Shown piece after piece: positions 54,815 through 63,135 of a stretch of DNA of 64,000 nucleotides; position 1 is the first letter of the stretch, and each line of letters begins with the position of its first letter. Position numbers and translations under genes: made by a program. The notes below the pieces were generated by a model. That model saw only the letters and a list, made by a program, of their open reading frames with translations, was not told the origin of the DNA and made no database searches. Origin of the DNA: an uncultured bacterium (GTDB lineage Bacteria > AUK180); the NCBI GenBank assembly GCA_937863565.1, contig CALMGJ010000029.1, forward strand, positions 10,991 to 74,990, written 5' to 3'.

Positions 54815-55918
54815 CTATATTTCAATGATTTCGTATTTTCTGCTCCCAAGGCCTATCGTTTGCCCGTGCTGTAACTGGATCTCGCCTCGGAGTTCTTCCC
54901 TCAGAGCTTTGAATTTATCCGTTCCTTTGCCAATATTTCCTGGAAGGGATGAAGCCGGATTGCCTGGAGCATCGTTAACCATGTCCAAAGAGGCCGAATC
55001 CAAGGCGACCGGGTCATTTGAAGCCAGAAAACCGATATCGTGAACGATCGGGACATCGCTCCAGCCGGCACAATCGCAGTCCGGGCTAATATTCACAAGA
55101 AAGTTCATATATGAGGCTTTGGCCGCCTTATCTTTTACGGCGCCGAGGGCGTATTCGGCAAGACGTTCACAGAAATCGCCGGGGTCCGTTCTCCAGTCCA
55201 TATATATTGCAGAAGCCGGACATACGGTCATGCACTCGCCGCAGCCGGTGCAAAGGTCCTGCTTAATAACCGCCTTTCCGTCTCCGATTAAAGATACCGC
55301 TCCTTCCGGGCAATGACGTACACATTCGCCGCACCCTGCGCACTTTGATTCTTTCACCTTGGCTTTTGTGCCATGCTGGTCCTTTTTGCCGGCCGCGGGG
55401 CTGCAACCCATCGACAGGTTTTTAATGGCACCGCCGAAACCCGCAAGCATGTGGCCTTTGAAGTGCGAGAGGGTTATCATAGCGTCCGCATCGAGGATGT
55501 CTCCCGCGATCTTGACTTTCTTAAAATGTTTCTTCCCTATCTCCACTTCCCTGAAATTTCTGCTTCTGACACCGTCCGCGATGATAACAGGCGCGCGCAC
55601 TACGGAATAAGTGAATCCGTGTTCGATCGCGGTTACGATATGTTCCGGCGAATTATGCCTTTTGCCGCTATACAGAGTGTTGGTATCGCAGATGAAAGGA
55701 ATGCCGCCCTGGGCGATGACCTCATCTACCACGGCCCTTACTAAAATGGGGCTTATAAAAGTATCGTTCCCGTATTCCCCGAAATGCAGTTTGATCGCAA
55801 CAAGATCACCCTTCTCTATAGACGGTGAGCATACTTTTTGATAAAGCCTTTTGATCTTCTGGATCTTATTGTCCTTCGCTCCATGTGAGCGTACGTTTGA
55901 AAAATACACTTTGCTCAT
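54815..55918 (-). CDS. DUF362-type iron-sulfur protein with two 4Fe-4S ferredoxin motifs
   Basis: CAGCGECVRHCP and CTGCGECMTVCP are the ferredoxin motifs. The flanking sequence is DUF362-like. Confidence 0.7.
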   Translation of the reverse strand: MSKVYFSNVRSHGAKDNKIQKIKRLYQKVCSPSIEKGDLVAIKLHFGEYGNDTFISPILVRAVVDEVIAQGGIPFICDTNTLYSGKRHNSPEHIVTAIEHGFTYSVVRAPVIIADGVRSRNFREVEIGKKHFKKVKIAGDILDADAMITLSHFKGHMLAGFGGAIKNLSMGCSPAAGKKDQHGTKAKVKESKCAGCGECVRHCPEGAVSLIGDGKAVIKQDLCTGCGECMTVCPASAIYMDWRTDPGDFCERLAEYALGAVKDKAAKASYMNFLVNISPDCDCAGWSDVPIVHDIGFLASNDPVALDSASLDMVNDAPGNPASSLPGNIGKGTDKFKALREELRGEIQLQHGQTIGLGSRKYEIIEI

Positions 55919-55973
55919 TGTGCCGTGTCCTCCGAGTATTTTATTATTTTATCTTCAATATTTCAACTATTTA

Positions 55974-56002
55974 TTGATTTTTCAAGTTTTTTCGCATATA
56001 AT
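55974..56002 (+). promoter_or_regulatory. Candidate sigma70 promoter in the divergent intergenic region upstream of the cyclase-like gene
   Basis: TTGATT at 55974-55979 is followed by a 17-nt spacer and TATAAT at 55997-56002. This sits only about 5 nt before the ATG at 56008. It would imply a leaderless or near-leaderless mRNA, or be a chance match in AT-rich DNA. Confidence 0.3.
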
Positions 56003-56007
56003 ACTAC

Positions 56008-56604
56008 ATGAAGAAAGAATACGGTAAACTTCTCAGAATGCTCCGGAAAAGGAATGCCGGGAATGCCGAAAGGACCGATGCCGCCATAAAGCGGAGATAT
56101 CAGGGGCAATATGCCGTTATGATAACGGATTCTTCCCATTTCACCGCAAAAACGAAGAAATACGGGATCATACATTGCCTGAGCCTTCTTGTCAACAACT
56201 ACGATACTCTAAATGCGATCATAAAAAGACATTCCGGTATCGTCGTCAAAGAGTGGGCAGACGATATTTTCGCTGTCTTTCCGGATTGTGACAAAGCTCT
56301 TGAATGCGGAATAGAAATGAGGGAGACTCTAAAAAAAATCTGCTCGGGGAACGAGGCCGATCATTTTTCAATTTGCATGGGGATCACTTTCGGTGAGATC
56401 CTGTTCCTGGGCGACGAGATCTTCGGTGATCCGGTGAATACCGCATCCAAACTCGGGGAGGATATCGCTTCGGGCGATGAGATCCTGATAGATGCGAATG
56501 TGTACGAAAGACTGCGTTCTGACGAACTCCGGGCAAAATTCACCGAGCCGGGTACAGTAGAATTATCGGATACTTCAGTCACATATTACAGGTTTAAAGG
56601 ATAA
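56008..56604 (+). CDS. Standalone class-III nucleotidyl cyclase homology domain protein (198 aa)
   Basis: ...AVMITDSSHFTAK...IFAVFPDCDKALECGIEMRETL...ICMGITFGEILFLGDEIFGDPVNTASKLGE follows the CHD pattern (GIH.G.V..G......D..GD.VN.ASRLE). Several canonical catalytic residues cannot be confirmed by eye. Confidence 0.55.
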   Translation: MKKEYGKLLRMLRKRNAGNAERTDAAIKRRYQGQYAVMITDSSHFTAKTKKYGIIHCLSLLVNNYDTLNAIIKRHSGIVVKEWADDIFAVFPDCDKALECGIEMRETLKKICSGNEADHFSICMGITFGEILFLGDEIFGDPVNTASKLGEDIASGDEILIDANVYERLRSDELRAKFTEPGTVELSDTSVTYYRFKG

Positions 56605-56637
56605 AATGCCCGATCAAAAGAAGGACGGGGGGAAATA

Positions 56638-57006
56638 ATGGTGAAATGTCCGTACTGCCGGGAGCGCCCTTTCCCGATCGCCAAACTTTTCCGCCGAAAA
56701 CAGCAACATAAATTCACTGTGTGCTCGAACTGCGGGGCCTATCTTCTTTTCAATTCTTCTCCCGGGTGCGGATGCTGCCTTGCCGTTCCTCTTTTCTGGG
56801 GTTTCATCGGAACTGCCATAGTCAAAGGAGATTATTTCATCCGGGAATTCTTCGGGGGGAATGCAAGGCTGTACTTTCTCTCCTGCATTTTGATCTCTTT
56901 GCTCCTTTCAGGCGGCATCTTCCTTCTTTCAGTCCTTTCCACAGGAGTGAGGAAGACCGATTTCAGACCGAAAGAACTCTCAGATTACGATCAGATACTG
57001 GAATAA
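56638..57006 (+). CDS. Small membrane protein with an N-terminal zinc-ribbon (CPYC...CSNC)
   Basis: MVKCPYCRERPF...TVCSNCGAY is followed by two hydrophobic helices. A GGGGG Shine-Dalgarno lies 6 nt upstream of the ATG. It is preferred over the overlapping out-of-frame N-terminus of the tracked 56721..58511 ORF. Confidence 0.55.
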   Translation: MVKCPYCRERPFPIAKLFRRKQQHKFTVCSNCGAYLLFNSSPGCGCCLAVPLFWGFIGTAIVKGDYFIREFFGGNARLYFLSCILISLLLSGGIFLLSVLSTGVRKTDFRPKELSDYDQILE

Positions 57007-57035
57007 TTCCTTTTTCTGTAAATTTATTCACATAC

Positions 57036-58511
57036 ATGCGTTTTTTCGCGTTTTTTTTCCTTATAATATATTGGATGAAAATAAGATTCGGTCTGAAGCA
57101 TTATTTTTTCCGTGCCGTTTTAAGTTTCACAGCTGTATATTTAGGATTCATCATCTCGATCTTCATACTGTTCAATTGGGGTTTCATGCCTCAGATGGCG
57201 GAGCACTTCGATTTCCGCGGAATGAAATACAGTTTTGAAAGGTCAGTGGAGAAACTTTCGCCGGCTAAGGACCTTTCCGAAGCAGATTTTAACCTGGAAG
57301 CGGAAAGATTCTTATCGAATTTTAATATCATACGCAATATCATCATTGCCGAACCCGGCAACAGGATCATCTGGGAATACAGGGCCGATCCAGAATGGCG
57401 TGAAAAGGTAATGAGCGTAGAGACGAGCAGATATTTCCCGAAAGAGAGATTGATTATTGCGAGGCAGCTGATCATCCGGAAGGAGAACGGCATCGATTGG
57501 GACGTCTTTTTTATATGTGATTTCAGCTCATTCGTAAGAGGCTGCGGCATCCATATCACATTCGTTCTTGCGATCTGCTTCATTGCCTTACTGATCCTGA
57601 TGCTCTTCTGGTTCAACGGTTTTTCTCTTTTGCTCCATCCGATCATCGAACTTTCAAAACGGAAAGCGAAGGATCTGGACGGAACTGAGGACGAGGTGTT
57701 TAAAAACGAGATCGATTACTGCGTTCAAATGATCACACGTTCCCGCGGCATTATCGAAGAGAACCTCCGGCAGATGGAGGAGATGAAGAACCTGCTCATC
57801 GGCGAGAATGCCAAGGTCAACCGCATTATCGAGGACCGCAGTGCGATCAACCAGATGATGTATCACGATCTCCAGACCCCTCTTACAGTAATAAAGGGCT
57901 ACTTTGAGAAATATAAAAAGGACCCTGATACGAGGGATAAATTCGTTCATTATCTTGAAAAGAACCTTGCCAAGATCGATGTGCTGCTGGGATATATTCT
58001 GAAGATGCATAAATTCGAAAGCTCTTCATATAATATCGTAAAAGAAAAAGTGGTCCTGAACGATATTATGAAGGATATCTATGCCGATTTCAAACCTTCC
58101 ATGGATTTGAGGAAGATCGAATTCACGCTTTCGGTTCCGGATGAACCTTTTGAGGTGGAAGCGGATATCGAATCCCTCTGCGCTGCCTTTGAGAACCTGC
58201 TTCACAATGCGCAGAAATATACACCTGAAGGGAAGGCTGTCAGCCTCTATCTCCGGAAGGAGGGCTCAGGCATCAGGGCAGGGGTCAAGGATTCGGGACA
58301 CGGCATAGAAGAGGATATCCGGCAGAAGCTGTTCGAACCATTTTTCCGCGGTGAAAAAACATCAACCGGAGTAGGTCTCGGATTGAACATTGTAAAAAAG
58401 ATCGCTGAGATGAACGGCATCAAGATCGGACTTGAAACGGGTACGGATTTTGGCGCGGATTTCTTTTTTATTTTCGGATCCGACAACGGATCAAAGAGGA
58501 TCGGCCTTTAA
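57036..58511 (+). CDS. Orphan sensor histidine kinase (two TM helices flanking a ~150-aa periplasmic domain, then HisKA and HATPase_c)
   Basis: The H-box is MMYHDLQTPLTVI. The N/G boxes are LLHNAQKYTP, VKDSGHGIEEDIRQKLFEPFFRG and GVGLGLNIVKKI. The likely start is MRFFAFFFLIIY at 57036, because the first 105 codons of the tracked ORF are out-of-frame junk overlapping the previous gene. No response regulator is adjacent. Confidence 0.75.
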   Translation: MRFFAFFFLIIYWMKIRFGLKHYFFRAVLSFTAVYLGFIISIFILFNWGFMPQMAEHFDFRGMKYSFERSVEKLSPAKDLSEADFNLEAERFLSNFNIIRNIIIAEPGNRIIWEYRADPEWREKVMSVETSRYFPKERLIIARQLIIRKENGIDWDVFFICDFSSFVRGCGIHITFVLAICFIALLILMLFWFNGFSLLLHPIIELSKRKAKDLDGTEDEVFKNEIDYCVQMITRSRGIIEENLRQMEEMKNLLIGENAKVNRIIEDRSAINQMMYHDLQTPLTVIKGYFEKYKKDPDTRDKFVHYLEKNLAKIDVLLGYILKMHKFESSSYNIVKEKVVLNDIMKDIYADFKPSMDLRKIEFTLSVPDEPFEVEADIESLCAAFENLLHNAQKYTPEGKAVSLYLRKEGSGIRAGVKDSGHGIEEDIRQKLFEPFFRGEKTSTGVGLGLNIVKKIAEMNGIKIGLETGTDFGADFFFIFGSDNGSKRIGL

Positions 58512-59212
58512 ACCTTCGTGGCGCGGGAAATATAGACCTTATGTCCGAGTTCATGAGAGAACTCCGGCGTACAGCTCCCCTGTCCGATCTTATCAAGAAG
58601 CACACTATCGTATTTATCGAAAAGCATGCCGTGGATAACCGTAATATTGGGCAGAAAGAAAAAGATCGGATCTAAAGTTGATGAAGGTCCCAACAGGTGA
58701 ATATCGGCTTTCACCGCCGAATTCACTATATCTGAAAAGCTTCCGTTGCTAATCGTGGTCGATGAAAGGATCAGAAGGTCCGCGTCTTTCAAGACTTCAG
58801 GCATTGATTCCTGCGGTTTGATGACGTTCTCTGTTCTGGCTTTATCAAAGACGGCCATTTCTATTCCAAGTTTTAAGGCTCTCTCTACAAGAGGCCGGAA
58901 AAATCCCACCATAACGATCCTTCGGCCTTTATTGTCACTTATAAGATCCAGAATATTTCCGTCTGTAGAAGTATGTCCGCGGTAATTCAGAAGGGCATTC
59001 AGATATGCATTGTAAAGAACGCGAAATCCGGTATCCGATATGTCTTCCGGAATATTTTCCGCAACAGCACTGTCCATATCGTTCCCGCAGATGCCGATCG
59101 AACCGTCATTCAGCATGACCGCTGTATATTTCTCGCCCTTGACGATCTGTGTGATAAGGCCGGGTTTGTAACCGTACTCGGCATATAATATGTTGAGAGG
59201 GTCCCCGTTCAT
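58508..59212 (-). CDS. DUF364/DUF4213-like Rossmann-type protein (putative metal-chelation domain family)
   Basis: The 234-aa protein has the ...RIVMVGFFRPLVERA...ADLLILSSTTISNG... pattern typical of this family. The family assignment is from memory. Confidence 0.45.
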   Translation of the reverse strand: MNGDPLNILYAEYGYKPGLITQIVKGEKYTAVMLNDGSIGICGNDMDSAVAENIPEDISDTGFRVLYNAYLNALLNYRGHTSTDGNILDLISDNKGRRIVMVGFFRPLVERALKLGIEMAVFDKARTENVIKPQESMPEVLKDADLLILSSTTISNGSFSDIVNSAVKADIHLLGPSSTLDPIFFFLPNITVIHGMLFDKYDSVLLDKIGQGSCTPEFSHELGHKVYISRATKV

Positions 59213-59781
59213 TTCCCGTACTTGTTAAAGAACACGAAATCAGGTATTTCCTTCCTGTTTGAACTGCGTGCGACGATCTTCGAAGAAATGAAACCGAGCA
59301 GGCTATTTTTATCCGAAGGATACCCGAGCGGGGTTATCGCAACGATCTTCAAATGCCCTGGAATACCCAGATATTTTGCCAGAGGTTTTTCAGAAAACCA
59401 GGCCATCCAGCACGTTCCCAGGCCTAAGGATGCGGCGGCGAGTACGAGATGCTCCATAGCGATCGCGAAATCGATCAGATAAAGATCGATCCCGTTCAAT
59501 CTGATGTTCTTCCTTTTATCCGCCAAACCGATCACGAGCACCGGTGCGTCTTTCAGAAAAGAGATATTTGTATTGAAGCCGAGATGTTTCAGGGTTTCCT
59601 GCTTCTTTCCAGGGTCTGTAACGATAATGAACTCCCAGGGCTGTTTGTTCTGCGCAGATGGCGACCAGCGCACAGCTTCCATTATAATATCTATCTTTTC
59701 TTTCTCCACAGGTTCATCGGAATATGAGCGGATGCTCTTCCGCTTCATGAAAATATCCAGTGTTCTTTCCTTGTCATTCAT
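59209..59781 (-). CDS. Nitroreductase family protein
   Basis: MKRKSIRSYSDEPVEKEKIDIIMEAVRWSPSAQNKQPWEFIIV is the nitroreductase N-terminal signature. Confidence 0.8.
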   Translation of the reverse strand: MNDKERTLDIFMKRKSIRSYSDEPVEKEKIDIIMEAVRWSPSAQNKQPWEFIIVTDPGKKQETLKHLGFNTNISFLKDAPVLVIGLADKRKNIRLNGIDLYLIDFAIAMEHLVLAAASLGLGTCWMAWFSEKPLAKYLGIPGHLKIVAITPLGYPSDKNSLLGFISSKIVARSSNRKEIPDFVFFNKYGK

Positions 59782-61498
59782 CTGTTACGCTCTTATTTGA
59801 AAGGATATATCTCAGTTCGGGACCCGGGGACTTCTCTTTAAGAAAACCTTTCAAGATCAGTTCCGCCTTATAGGATGCATTTGAGCTGTTAAGGAAATGG
59901 GCCAATCGGAGGGCCGCTGGATTCCCGGTGCGTTTATAAAAAAGATACCAGCCGCGGTGATCGTAGGGATAGCGGGAAATGAAGGAATTAAGCGGATGAT
60001 CTCCGTTCAACGTTCTGATAAAAAGCATATCCGGGGTCCGCCGGAATTCTGCGGCACGTTTTTTTATCCCGTTCAGATAGAAGGGTTCATTGAAAAAGTA
60101 TTCGAAGAAAAGGACCATATTTATACTTCCGGGATCACGGTACGCTGTGGTCAATTTCTCGAGATATCCGCGTATCATGCTTTTCCTTTCGGCACTGCCT
60201 TCTTTCGAACTCAGCATCTTCTGGATGAAATAGGGCTCGTAATACTTCACTCCCTTCAAGTTCGGCGAACGGTCAAACACTATGTACTTACCGTCCAGAT
60301 AGGTTAGAAGCCAATTATCCGTACTGAGCAAGGAATAAACGACGGAGTTCCTGTCATACAGCATGTTCGCAGGTAAAATGATGACTCCCGTCTCTCCCGG
60401 ATTGAATTCCGTAAGGTCGTGTTTGAATATGAAAGCCTCATCATTCTTGAACGGAACGGAACTTTTAGCGTACAGAGCGTGATTGGCAGCGACATTCGGG
60501 AAAAAAGAGGCGGAAATCGTATACCCGTCGGGTGGAACATTGAAGATGCTCCCGAAATGAGGCATCCTTCTCACGTCCAGGAAATAATCGTATATCCGCG
60601 TAATCCGGTTCTCACGAAGAAGCACTTTCCCGTTCCCGAGCGGAATACCCTTGGCGAAAAGGAGTATTAGGATGAAGGGAACGAACACCGAAGAGGGTGC
60701 CGCATCAGTCCTTCTCGCGGATAAAGCGGAGAATACCACAAGAAAAGGCAAAGCCTCCCATTCGATTGCCGTGAACGTGGCAAGGATGAGAAAAACCGGC
60801 AGGATCCTTCTTTGCATTCTGAAAAGGAAGTAAAGCGAGGTGAGAACGATATATGCCTCCAAAAAGGGGGCGTGCTTTTGAAGGGTGAGAAAAGCAGGCA
60901 GATAGTAAACCTTGCCGGCAGGGATCAGAAAAAGATTGATCGGCACAGCGAGCAATAGCAGCGGGGATCTGATCCCGGACAAGACCATCACGGCAAGCAC
61001 GAAAGGAGAAGAGGGCGGACTGAGATTGACGGTGATGAATGCGAGCGCACAACGCACCGGTACGGGCAGATCCTTCTTTCTGAAGAAAAGCAGCAGTGCG
61101 AAAAGAAGTATAGCGATGAAATTCAGGTTTTCGCAAAAAAAATATTTGGAAAGACCTACAAATAATGGCAAAAGAGCGATCGTCAGCGCATCCCTTACCA
61201 TAAAAAAAAGGAATGCCAGTAGCATGAGTGCGCAAATGAATGCCCAAGTTCCGATATGCTTTATGAAATGTTCCGCAAGAGCGGAAGAAATGAGACCGAA
61301 TTGGGATGGGATCCCGTGGACTCCTGTGGTAATATGATAGTCCTTCGAAAGAAGGGCTTTCCAGGAGACGATGTTCCCGAAGAACTTATCGTCATCCGAA
61401 AGCATTCCCGTGAACAGAAAAGTCGAGATTATAAAAAGCAGGATGAACGCCGTTCTCATCCGGCCCCGGGAGCGCTCTGTTAGTAATGCTTTATTCAT
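59774..61498 (-). CDS. Large polytopic membrane protein with a C-terminal soluble domain (uncharacterised, possibly GT-C-like)
   Basis: It is 574 aa. The N-terminal ~300 aa carry about 9 TM helices, and the C-terminal ~270 aa are hydrophilic. Confidence 0.5.
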   Translation of the reverse strand: MNKALLTERSRGRMRTAFILLFIISTFLFTGMLSDDDKFFGNIVSWKALLSKDYHITTGVHGIPSQFGLISSALAEHFIKHIGTWAFICALMLLAFLFFMVRDALTIALLPLFVGLSKYFFCENLNFIAILLFALLLFFRKKDLPVPVRCALAFITVNLSPPSSPFVLAVMVLSGIRSPLLLLAVPINLFLIPAGKVYYLPAFLTLQKHAPFLEAYIVLTSLYFLFRMQRRILPVFLILATFTAIEWEALPFLVVFSALSARRTDAAPSSVFVPFILILLFAKGIPLGNGKVLLRENRITRIYDYFLDVRRMPHFGSIFNVPPDGYTISASFFPNVAANHALYAKSSVPFKNDEAFIFKHDLTEFNPGETGVIILPANMLYDRNSVVYSLLSTDNWLLTYLDGKYIVFDRSPNLKGVKYYEPYFIQKMLSSKEGSAERKSMIRGYLEKLTTAYRDPGSINMVLFFEYFFNEPFYLNGIKKRAAEFRRTPDMLFIRTLNGDHPLNSFISRYPYDHRGWYLFYKRTGNPAALRLAHFLNSSNASYKAELILKGFLKEKSPGPELRYILSNKSVTDE

Positions 61499-61536
61499 TC
61501 CATTGGTCCAGCGCTCCGGATTTTTTTTCCCACCCG

Positions 61537-61603
61537 GAATATTTATTCAACTCTGAATATCTATTCAATTCTGAATATCTATTCAATTCTGAATATCTCA
61601 TTG
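61537..61603. repeat. 18-bp direct tandem repeat (3 full copies plus a degenerate copy) spanning the 3' end of gene 61579..62688 and the intergenic region upstream of gene 59774..61498
   Basis: The full copies are ctctgaatatctattcaa (61551-61568), ttctgaatatctattcaa (61569-61586) and ttctgaatatctcattg (61587-61603). A degenerate copy ggaatatttattcaa precedes them. The last copy encodes the C-terminal EIFRIE of the lipoprotein. Confidence 0.8.
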
Positions 61604-62688
61604 TTTGTTACGGCAAAAAGGACTCCACTCCTGATAAGGATCTTCAGGACCGTATATCCCGGAAGAAGTAATGAAGTCCTTGAAGATGATGGGTCGTATA
61701 CGGTAAGACCGTTTGGAGTAGCAACGAACACATTGTCCTTGTATCCTTCTATTCCGATATATCCCCTGCCGGCAGTGTCGGTACTTTCGAAAAGCTTCCG
61801 GAATATCTCGCTTGCCATATCCATGGAAAGGATCATGCCGGAAGTACAGAAATAGGCATAACCCGACAGAAAGGTCATCCCTATGAACGCTTCGTTCTGT
61901 GTAAATTCCTCCTCCTCAAAAAGAGTCCACTTCTTGAACATGGGCTCATATCGGGAGATACCCCCGTAAGTTGAAAAGAAAACGTTGTCCCCGACTCCTT
62001 TTATTTCAGAAATAAAAGCACCGTGGAGATATTCGTCTTTGGGAAATTCTTCAAAATAATCCCGGTTCCAATCGTATATCGTCACATAGTTCTGACTGAC
62101 CAGATAAATGGATCCTCCTATGATCTTGACACTGAGGATGTCCCTCTCTTTGATGGGACAATTTTCGGGATCGAGAGTGAACCACCCCGCGATCGTCCTT
62201 GAACCCCTGTATTTCTCGAAAAGGATGTTCAGGGAATTATTGAATGTTCTTATCGTAAGGCCTTCCCGGGTTCCGGCAGCAAGCAGATCATCGCAGATAT
62301 CGATGGAATTCACGAAATCCGATGAAAGGCATTCGTTCGAGCTGTAATATGCGTTCAGGTCACTGCCATCCTTTTTGACTGAATAGAGCCCGTTCTGGGA
62401 ATAAATATAAAAATGGTCCCGGCTCGCTGCCAGGCCGCGGATCTGTTCAGCAAGCGCATTGATGTATGTTCCTAAATCTGTCTTCACTCCGTTATTGATA
62501 AGGTAGATACTGTCCGAGATAAGCAAGCAGGATCCGTTCATTTCCGCATCGATAATGGGAAATGGATTTTTAACGACAGGGATGCATCTGAAATTTCTTA
62601 CCGGTGTATCTACCACGCCGTTCTTATTCATGCAGGAAAGAGAAAAACACAGAAGGCTAAGTATTACAAGAGCCTTTGAACCTTTCAA
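61579..62688 (-). CDS. Lipoprotein with beta-propeller-like repeats (two-component-regulator-propeller-like)
   Basis: A lipoprotein signal is present (MKGSKALVILSLLCFSLSC). Repeated G/Y-rich blades follow (...IYLINNGVKTDLGTY..., ...FVATPNGLTVYDPSS...). Confidence 0.55.
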   Translation of the reverse strand: MKGSKALVILSLLCFSLSCMNKNGVVDTPVRNFRCIPVVKNPFPIIDAEMNGSCLLISDSIYLINNGVKTDLGTYINALAEQIRGLAASRDHFYIYSQNGLYSVKKDGSDLNAYYSSNECLSSDFVNSIDICDDLLAAGTREGLTIRTFNNSLNILFEKYRGSRTIAGWFTLDPENCPIKERDILSVKIIGGSIYLVSQNYVTIYDWNRDYFEEFPKDEYLHGAFISEIKGVGDNVFFSTYGGISRYEPMFKKWTLFEEEEFTQNEAFIGMTFLSGYAYFCTSGMILSMDMASEIFRKLFESTDTAGRGYIGIEGYKDNVFVATPNGLTVYDPSSSRTSLLLPGYTVLKILIRSGVLFAVTNNEIFRIE

Positions 62689-63127
62689 TCGTTACTCCCG
62701 CTTCCCTGAAGAAAGCTGCGGTGATGTTCTCGCGGTCAGGGTACTCCTCATAATACACGATGCGCGTGATCCCGGCGCTTATCAGAAGTTTGGCACAGAT
62801 GATACACGGATGATGCGTGATGTAGCATGTAGAGTCGTCGGTAGAGATGCCGAATTTGGCTGCCTGAATCAAAGCATTCTGTTCCGCATGAAGACCGCGG
62901 CACATTTCAAGATTGCTTCCGGAAGGGATCTTCAGCTCGTCGCGGAGGCATTTCCCGAATTCAAGACAGTCCTTCATCTTGCTGGGAGATCCGTTGTATC
63001 CCGTTGCTATGATACGGTTCTCCCTGGTTATAACAGCCCCTACTTTTCTTCTGAAACATGTTGCTCTTTTTGATATTTCAAGCGTGATCTGCATGAAATA
63101 TTCGTCCCATGTCGGTCGATTGTTCAT
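62657..63127 (-). CDS. dCMP deaminase (ComEB-type deoxycytidylate deaminase)
   Basis: HAEQNAL and PCIICAK are the zinc-binding motifs, and the N-terminal region is typical of dCMP deaminase. Confidence 0.85.
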   Translation of the reverse strand: MNNRPTWDEYFMQITLEISKRATCFRRKVGAVITRENRIIATGYNGSPSKMKDCLEFGKCLRDELKIPSGSNLEMCRGLHAEQNALIQAAKFGISTDDSTCYITHHPCIICAKLLISAGITRIVYYEEYPDRENITAAFFREAGVTIERFKGSCNT

Positions 63128-63135
63128 ATATGCTC

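Noticed and set aside
56721-57035. N-terminal 105 codons of the tracked 596-aa kinase ORF
   Set aside because: They are out-of-frame overlap with the zinc-ribbon membrane gene 56638..57006, with Arg/Cys/His-rich junk composition. The kinase most likely starts at the ATG at 57036.
61537-61603. Possible CRISPR array
   Set aside because: Only three 18-bp direct copies are contiguous, with no spacers between them. No cas genes are in the window, and 18 bp is too short for a CRISPR repeat. It is a plain tandem repeat.
61486-61671. 61-aa plus-strand ORF with EYLFNSEYLFNS repeats
   Set aside because: It is simply the translation of the 18-bp tandem DNA repeat and overlaps the 3' end of the minus-strand lipoprotein gene.
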